A DNA stretch of 64,000 nucleotides from Minisyncoccota bacterium (GCA_036405895.1 DASWWS010000001.1:244468-308467); one strand, 5' to 3'; positions 1-9,301 are shown, numbered from the stretch's first letter. Numbers and translations are program-made. The notes: generated by a model not told the origin, from the letters alone.

Positions 1-2
1 TG

Positions 3-1862
3 GGGGCAGACAGCGAAAGCCATAATACTGCAACCGGACTTATCAATATCTTCAAGGAACGCACTCGTTTTTCTGACCCCTCTCTTGACCCGCGCCACCC
101 AAGAATTGTTGGGGTAGAAGTTCCGGTTGACCATCCCGACCAAGTTCATATCACATACGATATGCCTATTGCGCAAACGGTCGCAGGGTATGAGGTAGAA
201 GGATATACTATTACGGCAATTACTGTGGGTGGAAATGCGTCAACCTGGATTCTGCAGCTTGAAGAAACTGTTCTTTCAACCGACATGGTAACGCTTACGT
301 ACCGGATGCAAGAAGGGGATGCTGCCGCAGCCAGCGATGCAGAAAATCTTTTGTGTTCTTACATTGCCTATGCTGTAGTGAACAATTCTGAGGAAGTTGC
401 TCCTGAAGATCCAGAGCTCCGCATCTCGCTTAAAAACGGCAGTAACCAACAGCTCTACACGTGCGACACAATCACTGAGCTTGTGACGTACATGGGTACG
501 CTCAATATAAACTCCGACCTCTTTATTTATTTCAACGACAACGCTGCGCCACATATTATCGAAAGTCGCTGGAATATTTCCTACAGCAATCCTGAATATA
601 AAATAACAATCCGAAACAAAGCAGGCGTGGTTCATCCGTTGATTGACGGAGATGATGCAATTGCAGATTTGTTGCGCATCAGTCGAAGCAATGTACGCAT
701 CGAAGGGCTGAGCTTCAGAAGCGGAAAATACACCAATGATACGGGCTACTTGGGGGACAACTATTCAGGAAGCATTATTGCCCAAGTATCAAACACTGCT
801 GATACAGAATATGTAAATTTGAAATTCCATGAAGGAATGACAGGGCTTAAAATATCAGGACCAAACAGCACTGCGGATCAAAATATTTCAAACATTCTCG
901 TAGATACGATAGAATTCACCCACTTAACAGGAAACGCTCTTATTGTCGGCACGCAAAACCTTACTGCTGTTGATGAGCGAGGAGAAGAGGAATACACCAT
1001 GAGTGATGTTATTGTAAGAAACATCACGATATACGACGATACAGAGTCCGCTATTCTTGCTTCAGTGGAAGGAACAGACTATTACTTCGGCGGAACCATT
1101 GCCTCAAATGGTGTAAACGGCGTGACGTTTGAAAACATTACTGCTGAAAACCTAGGAACACAAGTGCTTTCCATAGGAGACTGTAAGACGGTACTGGTGA
1201 GAAACTGCACCTTTAAGCGCTTTTCACTTCGACAGTTCGGATACAATGGCGCGATTCGTCCAACATCGTGCGAGGGCATTACTATGTACAATATTTACTC
1301 CTTGGCCAACAGACCTCTCCTTCATGGCGACTACTGTCGAGACATTATATTGCAGCGCGTCTTCACCGCGCCGGTTGATGCGGGGGCAACTGCAGGAATC
1401 GGAATGAGTAACTGTCGAAGGTTTATTTCCCTCAAGGGAAATCTCGCAGTGGCGGGGCCAAATGAATGGGCGTGTGCAATTTCTTTCGATCGATCCAATG
1501 GTTATATTCCAACGCTTGCAGAAGATTTTCTTGAAGAAGAGGCGAACGTATGGATTACTCAGGATTTCAGAACACTCAATGTTGCGGGTATCGGAGAAGT
1601 TGCTGATGGTGACATGTTTGTGTACACCGATTATCACCACCCCTACTCTGACTTCCGCACTAATTATAATCGAGGACTTACTTCTACGGTGGGGTACTAT
1701 AACCAGCTGGTACTTGATTCCGAAGACGAGCGGTATCTTGCAGACGCATCTATCGGAAGAAACTTTGTTGCGTCTCAGGTTGGGTCGATTACCACAGATG
1801 CCGGAGGTGGCACGTTGACCTATCCGGCAGATGCGGGCGCCTACGACGCTGATGCTCTATAG
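3..1862 (+). CDS. Large extracellular protein, 5' end outside window: SwmB-like Ig domain followed by a right-handed beta-helix (pectin-lyase-like) region
   Basis: Frame is open from nt 3 (GADSESHNTATG...) through the ORF-track Met at 162. 'VTLTY...AVVNNS' resembles a SwmB repeat. Repeating 'NVRIEGL/NILVDTI/DVIVRNITI/GVTFENIT/VLVRNCTF' turns indicate a beta-helix. Ends in 'DAGAYD', like the DIGAYE tail motif. Confidence 0.6.
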   Translation, partial: GADSESHNTATGLINIFKERTRFSDPSLDPRHPRIVGVEVPVDHPDQVHITYDMPIAQTVAGYEVEGYTITAITVGGNASTWILQLEETVLSTDMVTLTYRMQEGDAAAASDAENLLCSYIAYAVVNNSEEVAPEDPELRISLKNGSNQQLYTCDTITELVTYMGTLNINSDLFIYFNDNAAPHIIESRWNISYSNPEYKITIRNKAGVVHPLIDGDDAIADLLRISRSNVRIEGLSFRSGKYTNDTGYLGDNYSGSIIAQVSNTADTEYVNLKFHEGMTGLKISGPNSTADQNISNILVDTIEFTHLTGNALIVGTQNLTAVDERGEEEYTMSDVIVRNITIYDDTESAILASVEGTDYYFGGTIASNGVNGVTFENITAENLGTQVLSIGDCKTVLVRNCTFKRFSLRQFGYNGAIRPTSCEGITMYNIYSLANRPLLHGDYCRDIILQRVFTAPVDAGATAGIGMSNCRRFISLKGNLAVAGPNEWACAISFDRSNGYIPTLAEDFLEEEANVWITQDFRTLNVAGIGEVADGDMFVYTDYHHPYSDFRTNYNRGLTSTVGYYNQLVLDSEDERYLADASIGRNFVASQVGSITTDAGGGTLTYPADAGAYDADAL

Positions 1863-1920
1863 AGTTGTGGATAACAGTCGATATGCTCTGTAGGTATGGT
1901 AAAATAATAAACAAGAAATT

Positions 1921-2103
1921 ATGTTAGACAAAAAACTCACTAGAAAAGAATTTATTTTTTCCATCGGATCATTCATTGGTCTTTTGGCTGTCAGCGGCTT
2001 GCCTCAGGCGATTAGTGAAGACCTTGCAAAAAAAATGACTACTGATAAAAAGCCTGTCGCGAACGGGTATGGAAACCATCACTATGGGGGCAAGCGCGCG
2101 TAA
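1921..2103 (+). CDS. Small protein with Tat-like N-terminus (TRKEF + hydrophobic helix) and C-terminal GYG-x3-YGG motif
   Basis: 60-aa ORF MLDKKLTRKEFIFSIGSFIGLLAV...GYGNHHYGG with an AT-rich upstream region. Confidence 0.65.
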   Translation: MLDKKLTRKEFIFSIGSFIGLLAVSGLPQAISEDLAKKMTTDKKPVANGYGNHHYGGKRA

Positions 2104-2893
2104 CTTCATTTTTACTGTTTGCTTTCTGTTGACCGGCTTTTTTTTGTTTTCAAATACTGTAATTGCGGCACCGTACGGAGAAGGTTCGTACAATGAAGGA
2201 GATTTTGGAGAGGGAGAAGTTGTGGGAGGCGGCACTACTTCATCGGGGCCGGGTGTCTACGCGCCGCCAAGTGGTTGTACAAGCGGTGCGTCATTTAGTG
2301 TTACCACAGGAGAGCGCTGTTCGTACGTACCTCCTGCAACACCCCCTGGCATTCCGCCTGCTCAGTCGGCCGCCCCGCTATTTTTAGCTGACATCGCTCC
2401 GGGTACTACCAGTGAAGATGTCCGCACGCTTCAGCGTTATCTCAACATGCACGGCTTTCCCATTGCTCCAAGCGGACCAGGGTCTTTGAATAATGAAACG
2501 ATGTTTTTTGGCCCTGCAACCAAGGCTGCTGTAATACGCTTTCAAATAGCGAAAGGTCTTCTTCCTGCTACGGGCAATGTTGGACCCCTTACTCGTGCAG
2601 CAATTGCTCAAACGGCAGCGGCTGTACCCGCTGCAACCCCTTCTTTGAGCACTCCGAAGTTTGCGGTTGACTTGTCTCTTGGTGACGTCAGTGAAGATGT
2701 CCGCACGCTTCAGCGTTATCTCAATGCAAACGGCTTTACTATTGCTGCATCAGGACCCGGTTCTTCAGGAAAGGAGACCATTCTCTTCGGTCCCGCAACA
2801 AAAGCAGCCCTCATAAAGTTCCAAGTTGCTCATAACATTCTTCCTGCAACAGGCACCCTTGGTCCAAAAACTCGCGCATTTATTGCAAAATAA
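2084..2893 (+). CDS. Secreted protein with two peptidoglycan-binding-like domains
   Basis: Signal peptide ending VIA-A and two copies of SEDVRTLQRYLN..GF.IA.SGPGS...ET..FGPATKAA.I.FQ. Start could be 2069 or 2084. Confidence 0.8.
   Translation: MGASARNFIFTVCFLLTGFFLFSNTVIAAPYGEGSYNEGDFGEGEVVGGGTTSSGPGVYAPPSGCTSGASFSVTTGERCSYVPPATPPGIPPAQSAAPLFLADIAPGTTSEDVRTLQRYLNMHGFPIAPSGPGSLNNETMFFGPATKAAVIRFQIAKGLLPATGNVGPLTRAAIAQTAAAVPAATPSLSTPKFAVDLSLGDVSEDVRTLQRYLNANGFTIAASGPGSSGKETILFGPATKAALIKFQVAHNILPATGTLGPKTRAFIAK
2410..2724 (+). repeat. Two identical 36-bp direct repeats (2410-2445, 2689-2724) marking the intragenic domain duplication
   Basis: cagtgaagatgtccgcacgcttcagcgttatctcaa occurs twice, in frame. 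Confidence 0.9.
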
Positions 2894-2940
2894 CAAAATC
2901 AATTTACAATCCGTCAAGAGTAGGGTAGGATAGAGGAATT

Positions 2941-3669
2941 ATGGTGCTCAACGTTGTTGCAACCCCTATTGGGAATCTCAAAGACATCACCCTTCGCGCA
3001 AAAGAGGTACTTGAAAGTGCAACACTGATTCTTGCAGAAGACACGCGAAGCATTAAGAAATTGCTCACGCTTTTGGATATCCCACTAGGAGGGAAGGTAT
3101 ATGTCTCTTCGCATGCACAAAGCACGCAGACAGCCCTACAGAAGGCAATAGAGGCATGTGTTGAGCACGAAACAATTGCTCTGGTGACCGATGCCGGCAC
3201 ACCCGCAATATCCGACCCGGGATCATTGTTTATTCATGAATTCCGCACGGCATATCCACAGGCAACCGTGGTGCCGATTCCTGGGGTCTCTGCAGTAGTT
3301 GCAGCGCTTTCAGTATCCGGCTTTCCCGGCAACCACTTTGAATTTATCGGCTTTGTTCCGCATAAAAAAGGGCGGCAAACACTTTTCAATACTATTGCTC
3401 AAACCGAGCACACGGTGTGCATGTACGAGTCTCCCCACCGCATTCTCAAAACTCTTGAGGCGCTTGCAGAAGTTCTGGGCGACCGGCCAATACTCGTAGG
3501 GCGCGAGATGACAAAAAGCTTTGAAGAATATCCAGTGGGTACGGCAAAAGAGCTCTTGGAGTACTACACTGACAATACAGACAAGGTCCGCGGAGAGTTT
3601 GTCGTTGTTGTTGCGCCTCAGTATATGAGCACTGTGCAGGAGCGCGACGCATCTGATACAATAGAGTAA
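2941..3669 (+). CDS. rsmI: 16S rRNA (cytidine1402-2'-O)-methyltransferase
   Basis: VATPIGNLKDITLRA, AEDTR, VTDAGTPAISDPG, YESPHR, REMTK.FEE motifs. Confidence 0.95.
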   Translation: MVLNVVATPIGNLKDITLRAKEVLESATLILAEDTRSIKKLLTLLDIPLGGKVYVSSHAQSTQTALQKAIEACVEHETIALVTDAGTPAISDPGSLFIHEFRTAYPQATVVPIPGVSAVVAALSVSGFPGNHFEFIGFVPHKKGRQTLFNTIAQTEHTVCMYESPHRILKTLEALAEVLGDRPILVGREMTKSFEEYPVGTAKELLEYYTDNTDKVRGEFVVVVAPQYMSTVQERDASDTIE

Positions 3670-3857
3670 TGTTGAGCAAGTTACGAACACTCTTTTGGTT
3701 GGGCATTGCCATGCTTTGTATTTCTTTTGTAGGCATTCCTGATGCATGGAAAATGGTGATTGCATTTGGTGTCGGGGCCGTACTCATCGCACTCGCTCTT
3801 GGCCTTCGCCGCGACTACCTAAAGCTTCGATTGAAGCTAAAAGAATATGCACAATAA
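3669..3857 (+). CDS. Small two-helix membrane protein
   Basis: 62 aa with two hydrophobic segments; overlaps both neighbouring genes, consistent with translational coupling. Confidence 0.7.
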   Translation: MLSKLRTLFWLGIAMLCISFVGIPDAWKMVIAFGVGAVLIALALGLRRDYLKLRLKLKEYAQ

Positions 3858-5085
3858 AAGGGAAGAAGAAACAATTGAAATAGAGCAGGGAGCGCATGTG
3901 CAAACAGGAATGCGCGTGTTCGGCACCATTATTTTCGGTATCGTTGTATTTTTAGCAGGCGTCTATGTGGGGTTTGAAAACCGCCCATCGGTCCAAAAAG
4001 TAACAGGGCTTTTTAATAAAGAAACTGCCATTGCAGCCGAGACCGACTTCAATCCGTTTTGGAAAGCGTGGCAGGCGGTGGATGAAAAATTCCCGGGAGC
4101 AAGCGACACTTCAAATGCCGACCGCATGTATGGCGCCATCAAGGGCATGCTCGCATCATTTGACGACCCGTACACCACTTTTTTCACTCCAAGCGAAAAC
4201 ACTATTTTTGAAACTGAAATCAACGGAGAATTTTCAGGTGTGGGTATTGAGCTTGGCGAGAAAGACGGCATCTTAACCGTTATCGCGCCTCTGAAGAATA
4301 CACCAGCCGACAAGGCAGGAATATTGCCGGGAGATAAGATTGTGAAGATTGCAGACACTATCACTACAAATATGTCGATTGATGACGCAATCGATTTGAT
4401 TCGCGGCGAAAACGGTACAGCAATTGCGCTCACCATTTTCCGTGAAGGATTCACCGAGCCAAAGGTGTACGAGTTGATTCGAAGCACAATCGTGCTTCCG
4501 ACCGTTGAAACAGAAACAATTGACGGTGTGTTTGTTATCCATCTCTACAATTTCTCCGCGCAATCTGTTGGGCAGTTCAAGACTGCTCTCCAGGAATACG
4601 CCGCATCAGGAAACACAAAGCTTCTTCTTGACCTCCGCGGAAACCCGGGCGGATACCTCGATGCTGCTGTCTCTATTGGAAGCTGGTTTATTCCAAGCGG
4701 GCAGGTTATCGTAAAAGAAATCGGCAAAACCGAAAGCGACACTATTTTGCACACGAGTGCGGGGCCCGTACTCTTTCCTGCAAACAACAAGCTTGTTGTT
4801 CTTGTCGACAAAGGCTCTGCTTCCGCCTCTGAAATATTGGCAGGTGCGCTTTCAGAACACGGTATCGGGCAGCTTGTCGGTACGCAGACATACGGAAAAG
4901 GCTCAGTACAGGAAGTGATCCCTATTACGAGCGACACTTCAATGAAGGTGACCGTTGCCAAGTGGTATACCCCAAAGGGCGTGTCGATTTCAGATCACGG
5001 GCTTACTCCAAGCGTGGTTATCCCATACAATCCTGAAAGCACTGTCGATACGCAGCTTCAGGCAGCAATTGATTTGTTTAAATAA
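3847..5085 (+). CDS. S41 family C-terminal processing protease (CtpA-like) with N-terminal TM and PDZ domain
   Basis: DDPYT, FSGVGIEL, DLRGNPGGYL, SASASEILAGAL, TYGKGSVQ motifs. Confidence 0.95.
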   Translation: MHNKREEETIEIEQGAHVQTGMRVFGTIIFGIVVFLAGVYVGFENRPSVQKVTGLFNKETAIAAETDFNPFWKAWQAVDEKFPGASDTSNADRMYGAIKGMLASFDDPYTTFFTPSENTIFETEINGEFSGVGIELGEKDGILTVIAPLKNTPADKAGILPGDKIVKIADTITTNMSIDDAIDLIRGENGTAIALTIFREGFTEPKVYELIRSTIVLPTVETETIDGVFVIHLYNFSAQSVGQFKTALQEYAASGNTKLLLDLRGNPGGYLDAAVSIGSWFIPSGQVIVKEIGKTESDTILHTSAGPVLFPANNKLVVLVDKGSASASEILAGALSEHGIGQLVGTQTYGKGSVQEVIPITSDTSMKVTVAKWYTPKGVSISDHGLTPSVVIPYNPESTVDTQLQAAIDLFK

Positions 5086-5092
5086 TTTTATT

Positions 5093-5539
5093 ATGAAAGT
5101 AATCCTTCTTAAAAACGTACCAAAGCTCGGAAAGAAAGATGATGTTGTCGAAGTAAACCAGGGCTATGCGGCAAATGCATTGTTTCCAAGCAAACTCGCA
5201 ATGCCGGCAACTGATGTCGCCATTGCCAACAGCAAGGCGCGCACTCAGCACAAGGTTGCAGAGAAGGAAATCCAGCACAACCTGCTCGACCGTGCCATTG
5301 GCGAACTGGAGGGCAAAGCGCTGGTATACAAGGCAAAGGCGAATGAAAAGGGGAGTCTCTTCTCAAAAGTCGATGTCGCCGATATCAGTGCCGAATTGTT
5401 GAAGCAGTACCGCATTGCGGTGGATGCAAAGCTTATGAAGCTCGAGGGCGCCCCTATCAAGCAAGCGGGAACGTACGTGGTCGAAGTAGTAGACGGAAAA
5501 TACAAGTCTTCATTTTCAGTTGATATAATAGGGGAGTAG
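5093..5539 (+). CDS. rplI: 50S ribosomal protein L9
   Basis: MKVILLKNVPKLGKKDDVVEVNQGYAANALFP; ATG at 5093 (ORF track extends too far upstream). Confidence 0.93.
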   Translation: MKVILLKNVPKLGKKDDVVEVNQGYAANALFPSKLAMPATDVAIANSKARTQHKVAEKEIQHNLLDRAIGELEGKALVYKAKANEKGSLFSKVDVADISAELLKQYRIAVDAKLMKLEGAPIKQAGTYVVEVVDGKYKSSFSVDIIGE

Positions 5540-5540
5540 T

Positions 5541-6050
5541 ATGAAAAACCGCGGATTTACATTGATTGAACTTCTGGTTGTCATTGCAGTCATTGGCATT
5601 CTTGCTTCTGTGGTATTGGCAAGTTTGAATAGCGCTCGCGCAAAAGGACGCAACGCTCGCCGGGCAAGCGATGTAAAACAAATAATGCTTGCATTTCAAA
5701 TGGCAATCAATGATACAGGGACGGTTCCTTCTGTGGCCGCCGAGCACTGCATCAGCGCAACGTGCTATGAATCGTGGGCGAACTATGTCCGAAACAGCAC
5801 TGTTGATGCATGGCTCGCCCCGTATTTGCCAACATGGCCAAGCGACCCTGTTGGAGGGCGGGCTCGAGGAGGCTATCTGTATTTTCTTAATTTCCCCGGA
5901 GGCACTACGCCGTATGACGGCTCTCCCGCACCGGCCGGGCACATAATAAACTGGGCAACAGAGCCGCCATTATCAGCAACTTCATGCAGTGGGGGAAAAG
6001 TGTGGGCTGTGGAATCTAATTACGTAGAGTGTGTTTTATATATTAATTAA
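5541..6050 (+). CDS. Type IV pilin / pseudopilin-like protein 1
   Basis: Class III signal KNRG|FTLIELLVVIAVIGILASVV; C-terminal Cys pair. Confidence 0.9.
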   Translation: MKNRGFTLIELLVVIAVIGILASVVLASLNSARAKGRNARRASDVKQIMLAFQMAINDTGTVPSVAAEHCISATCYESWANYVRNSTVDAWLAPYLPTWPSDPVGGRARGGYLYFLNFPGGTTPYDGSPAPAGHIINWATEPPLSATSCSGGKVWAVESNYVECVLYIN

Positions 6051-6518
6051 ATGAATTATAAGAGAGGCTTTACTTTAATAGAACTCCTTGTCGTCATTGC
6101 TGTCATTGGCATTCTTGCTTCTGTCGTTCTTGCGTCCCTCAACAGCGCACGAGCAAAAGCGCGCGATGCGCGCCGATTGGCGGACATCAACCAAGTAGCG
6201 ACAGCTCTTGAATTTTATTACGACAAGTACGGATACTATCCCGCATACGCAACAGTAGGGGGGCGCGATTGTTCGGGCTGGAACGGAATTCTTCCAAGCA
6301 GTGACACTTTCATGAAGCCTCTTGTTGATGAAGGATTTCTTGGTAAACCTTTGATGGACCCAAAGCCGGTAGATTGCGTCATGCAGTATCGCGACGAGAC
6401 AGCAGGGCAAGGGTACCGCCTTATTTTCCGCTACGAAACAAGGACCAACAATGACCTGACCTGTTATGCATTGGGCGGATGGAGCTGTATCAAGAAAAAT
6501 ACTACCGCTACCAACTAG
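6051..6518 (+). CDS. Type IV pilin / pseudopilin-like protein 2
   Basis: KRG|FTLIELLVVIAVIGILAS...ALEFYYDKYGYYP; four Cys. Confidence 0.9.
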   Translation: MNYKRGFTLIELLVVIAVIGILASVVLASLNSARAKARDARRLADINQVATALEFYYDKYGYYPAYATVGGRDCSGWNGILPSSDTFMKPLVDEGFLGKPLMDPKPVDCVMQYRDETAGQGYRLIFRYETRTNNDLTCYALGGWSCIKKNTTATN

Positions 6519-6519
6519 T

Positions 6520-6993
6520 ATGAATAAGCAGCAGAAAGGATTCACTCTCATAGAGCTCCTGGTGGTGATTGCCGTTATCGGAATCCTTGCTTCTGTTGTT
6601 CTTGCTTCATTAAACAGTGCGCGTGCAAAAGCTCGCGATGCAAAGAAAATGGCAGACATGAAGTCAGTTTCTACCGCGCTTGAATTGTATTACGACAAAT
6701 ACGGCACATACCCCTTGTGGCAGCAAACTGCATGGGGAATAGACTGCGCCGGTTTTCGAGGGTCTTCAGCTGCGAGCAACACTTTCATGAAGCCGCTTGT
6801 TGATGAAGGATTCCTTTCTGTATACCCTAATGACACGAGAGGAAACTGTTTTATGCAGTATCGAGAAGAAAAGGCTGGGCAAGGGTACCGTTTGATCTTT
6901 CTTTATGAGACAAAGCCCAATAATGACCTTAAGTGCTATACGGACGGCGGATGGAGCTGTATTCGCGTAAACTTTGATGATGCAGTGGATTAA
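6520..6993 (+). CDS. Type IV pilin / pseudopilin-like protein 3, close paralog of protein 2
   Basis: ATG at 6520: MNKQQKG|FTLIELL...; shares TFMKPLVDEGFL, MQYR, AGQGYRLIF and GGWSCI with the previous gene. Confidence 0.9.
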   Translation: MNKQQKGFTLIELLVVIAVIGILASVVLASLNSARAKARDAKKMADMKSVSTALELYYDKYGTYPLWQQTAWGIDCAGFRGSSAASNTFMKPLVDEGFLSVYPNDTRGNCFMQYREEKAGQGYRLIFLYETKPNNDLKCYTDGGWSCIRVNFDDAVD

Positions 6994-6995
6994 AT

Positions 6996-7024
6996 AAAAA
7001 ACCTCTCATGTAGAGAGGTTTTTT
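6996..7024. terminator. Bidirectional intrinsic terminator between pilin 3 and rpmA
   Basis: aaaaaacctctc-atgta-gagaggtttttt between convergent genes. Confidence 0.85.
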
Positions 7025-7025
7025 A

Positions 7026-7310
7026 TTATGCGCGTTCTGCGAGAATGTTTGCCATCTTGCGAACGGTAGTCGTACCGTCGAAGTTGTCCTTGCGCTTGTT
7101 AGTGAATTTTACAAATCCAGGCTTCAGGGCGTAGAGAGTGTGGTCTTTTCCAAGGCCAACATCCTTTCCGGCCATGATTTTGGTGCCGCGCTGGCGTACA
7201 ATAACAGAACCAGCCTTTGCTACCTGGCCGTCATACAATTTAGTACCCAGGTATTGTGGGTTGGAATCATTTAGGTTTTTTGCCGCTCCTTGGGCTTTCT
7301 TATGTGCCAT
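7026..7310 (-). CDS. rpmA: 50S ribosomal protein L27
   Basis: MAHKKAQGA...VIVRQRGTK...[12 protein letters not shown]. Confidence 0.96.
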   Translation of the reverse strand: MAHKKAQGAAKNLNDSNPQYLGTKLYDGQVAKAGSVIVRQRGTKIMAGKDVGLGKDHTLYALKPGFVKFTNKRKDNFDGTTTVRKMANILAERA

Positions 7311-7378
7311 AGTGGGTACATGATAGCCTGAGGGGGAAGAAATGTCAATCCTTCTTCTATAGGATATACTATGAAATA

Positions 7379-7756
7379 GTGAGCAATTTCCTGATTCGGC
7401 ACTATCGCACCCTTTTTACCATACTTCTCATTGCCATGCTTCTTTTGGCCTTTTTAATGGGCTTTTTGACGGGGAAACAGCAACAATCTCCGGCGGTAGT
7501 GCTTTCGTGCAGTCCAGACGTGCTCTCCGAGCTCACCATACCGGTTGCGCGACTCTCTCAGAATGCTATAACAGGGGATAGTAACGAAATTGTAAACAAG
7601 CCGACAAGCGGCGCATTTGTCGGATCGAAAAACGGCACTAAGTACTATCCTCCGAATTGCTCCGGGGTCAGCCGCATCAAGCCCGAAAACTATATTTGGT
7701 TTAAGGACGCGGCAGACGCAGAACTGCAAGGGTATACGCGAATATCATCATGTTAA
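7379..7756 (+). CDS. Membrane-anchored protein with C-terminal Ada metal-binding-like domain
   Basis: N-terminal TM; [25 protein letters not shown]....AE.QGY; GTG start. Confidence 0.75.
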   Translation: MSNFLIRHYRTLFTILLIAMLLLAFLMGFLTGKQQQSPAVVLSCSPDVLSELTIPVARLSQNAITGDSNEIVNKPTSGAFVGSKNGTKYYPPNCSGVSRIKPENYIWFKDAADAELQGYTRISSC

Positions 7757-8700
7757 GATCCATCCTTTCAGTATGCATTATGGGACTCACGGGCTTGCTC
7801 ATGCTTGCCATTCTTTTGCCGACACAAACCAGAGAAATGGCGGAGAATATTCTCTCAGGCGCCAACACCTTCTCATCGTATCTTCCTGTTCTTGATTCCG
7901 ACACTAAAAAAGAGGAGGAGATAAATGACCCCATTACAGAGAAAAAGCCGCTCGACACGATAGAGAGCGCAGTAAAGACCGTTATTGATGCTGTCTCTCC
8001 ATCAAAAGAGAGCGCTCCAAAAAGCGACAACACTCTGACAAACGCAAATATTGTCGACGCAACAAATGCCGAGCGCATTAAGCTTGGCCTCACCCCGCTT
8101 TCAACAAATGCAAAGCTTACCGCTTCGGCAAAAATAAAAACCGAGGACATGATAAAGAACGGATACTTCGAGCACGTTTCTCCGGACGGCGTGGCAGTTT
8201 CCGACCTCGGCACGCAGGTAGGGTATGACTACGTCATCATGGGCGAGAACCTTGCTTTAGGGAACTTCTCCGGAGCCGACGACCTTTTGCAGGCATGGAT
8301 GAACTCTCCCGGACATCGAGCGAATATTGTCAGCGAGAGCTATATGGAAATCGGCATCTATGCGGCACAAGGGCAGTATCAGGGCCGAAAGGTATGGTTT
8401 GCAGTGCAGCACTTTGGCACAGCCCGCGGCGCATGCCCGGTAGTGGACCAACAGCTTAAAGACGATATCGATGACTTCAATACGGCACTTCGTGCAAAGG
8501 AAAAGAAAATCACGGTCCTTCGTGCAGAGCTCGAAGGTATGGAGCAAAACGACAATGAGTATCAAGAGAAGGTTGCTATATTCAACGCCCTTGTTGCCGA
8601 GTACAATTCACAGCTCGCCATGTCCCAAGCCGCCATTGCACGGTACAACAAGCAAGTTGTCGCATTCAATAAATGTCTCGCACAGTATCAGGGGGAATAA
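7750..8700 (+). CDS. CAP/SCP (YkwD-like) domain protein with C-terminal coiled coil
   Basis: TNAER, YFEHVSPDG, GENLALG, WMNSPGHRANI, VQHFG. Confidence 0.9.
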   Translation: MLRSILSVCIMGLTGLLMLAILLPTQTREMAENILSGANTFSSYLPVLDSDTKKEEEINDPITEKKPLDTIESAVKTVIDAVSPSKESAPKSDNTLTNANIVDATNAERIKLGLTPLSTNAKLTASAKIKTEDMIKNGYFEHVSPDGVAVSDLGTQVGYDYVIMGENLALGNFSGADDLLQAWMNSPGHRANIVSESYMEIGIYAAQGQYQGRKVWFAVQHFGTARGACPVVDQQLKDDIDDFNTALRAKEKKITVLRAELEGMEQNDNEYQEKVAIFNALVAEYNSQLAMSQAAIARYNKQVVAFNKCLAQYQGE

Positions 8701-8920
8701 TTTAAAAATAGTAGGGAAGTAGGAAAGGGGTATTGGGCAGATACCTCTTTTCTTTTATCCAATTCAACTTTCAACTAAACCACTCTCTCGATTTGTTCTA
8801 CGGGACTCGAATTAATTATCTAATTGTTGTGCTAATTATTTGGGTAATTCAAACCCTTTGTTGTTCGAGATATTCTATCCCGGGGGAATAGGGCTTTATT
8901 ATAAAGGTTAAAAATATGTA

Positions 8921-8948
8921 ACGTCGTACAATATATCTTTTACGACAT
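8921..8948. other. Candidate dif-like tyrosine-recombinase site (11-6-11)
   Basis: acgtcgtacaa-tatatc-ttttacgacat: arms are 9/11 inverted matches around a 6-bp AT-rich core, inside a ~630-bp intergenic gap. Confidence 0.55.
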
Positions 8949-9301
8949 ATACAGAGGGCAAATAGTCTTTATCCATAAAGCCTGTGCTTCTTGAGCTTAG
9001 GTCTGGCTCTTATGTATCTCCTCTTAATTACATCAACAAATGAGACTTGGGTCAGATTCATAATTTAGTTCACGTTTTTGATTTTTTTACAATAAAAATA
9101 ATTATCTCAATTAAGAAATGGATTACACCTTCCTAAGGAAGGTGCTGAGGTGAAGATGTTGGATATATCAGTCATTAAAAGTGTAAGACTCACTTCCCTG
9201 TTTTTATCAAAATTTCGAGGCCCTAGAATCGATTTTAAGGTGCCTTGGATTTTGAACATGAGTAAAGTCTTCGGCTATTTTATTAACTTAATAAAATAAA
9301 A

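Noticed and set aside
1866-1874. Perfect DnaA box (tgtggataa), with another (ttatccaca) at 17392-17400
   Set aside because: Isolated single boxes with no cluster and no dnaA/dnaN nearby; gene orientation converges rather than diverges, so this is not called oriC.
2410-2724. 36-bp exact direct repeat of CRISPR-like length
   Set aside because: Only two copies, 279 nt apart and in frame within duplicated protein domains.
8969-9061. 30-aa basic ORF on the minus strand (MNLTQVSFVDVIKRRYIRARPKLKKHRLYG)
   Set aside because: Too short, with no clear terminator or recognisable motif; could arise by chance in AT-rich DNA.
9119-9134. ggattacaccttcct resembles the 16S rRNA 3' end (GGATCACCTCCT)
   Set aside because: Inexact match with no other rRNA sequence around it.
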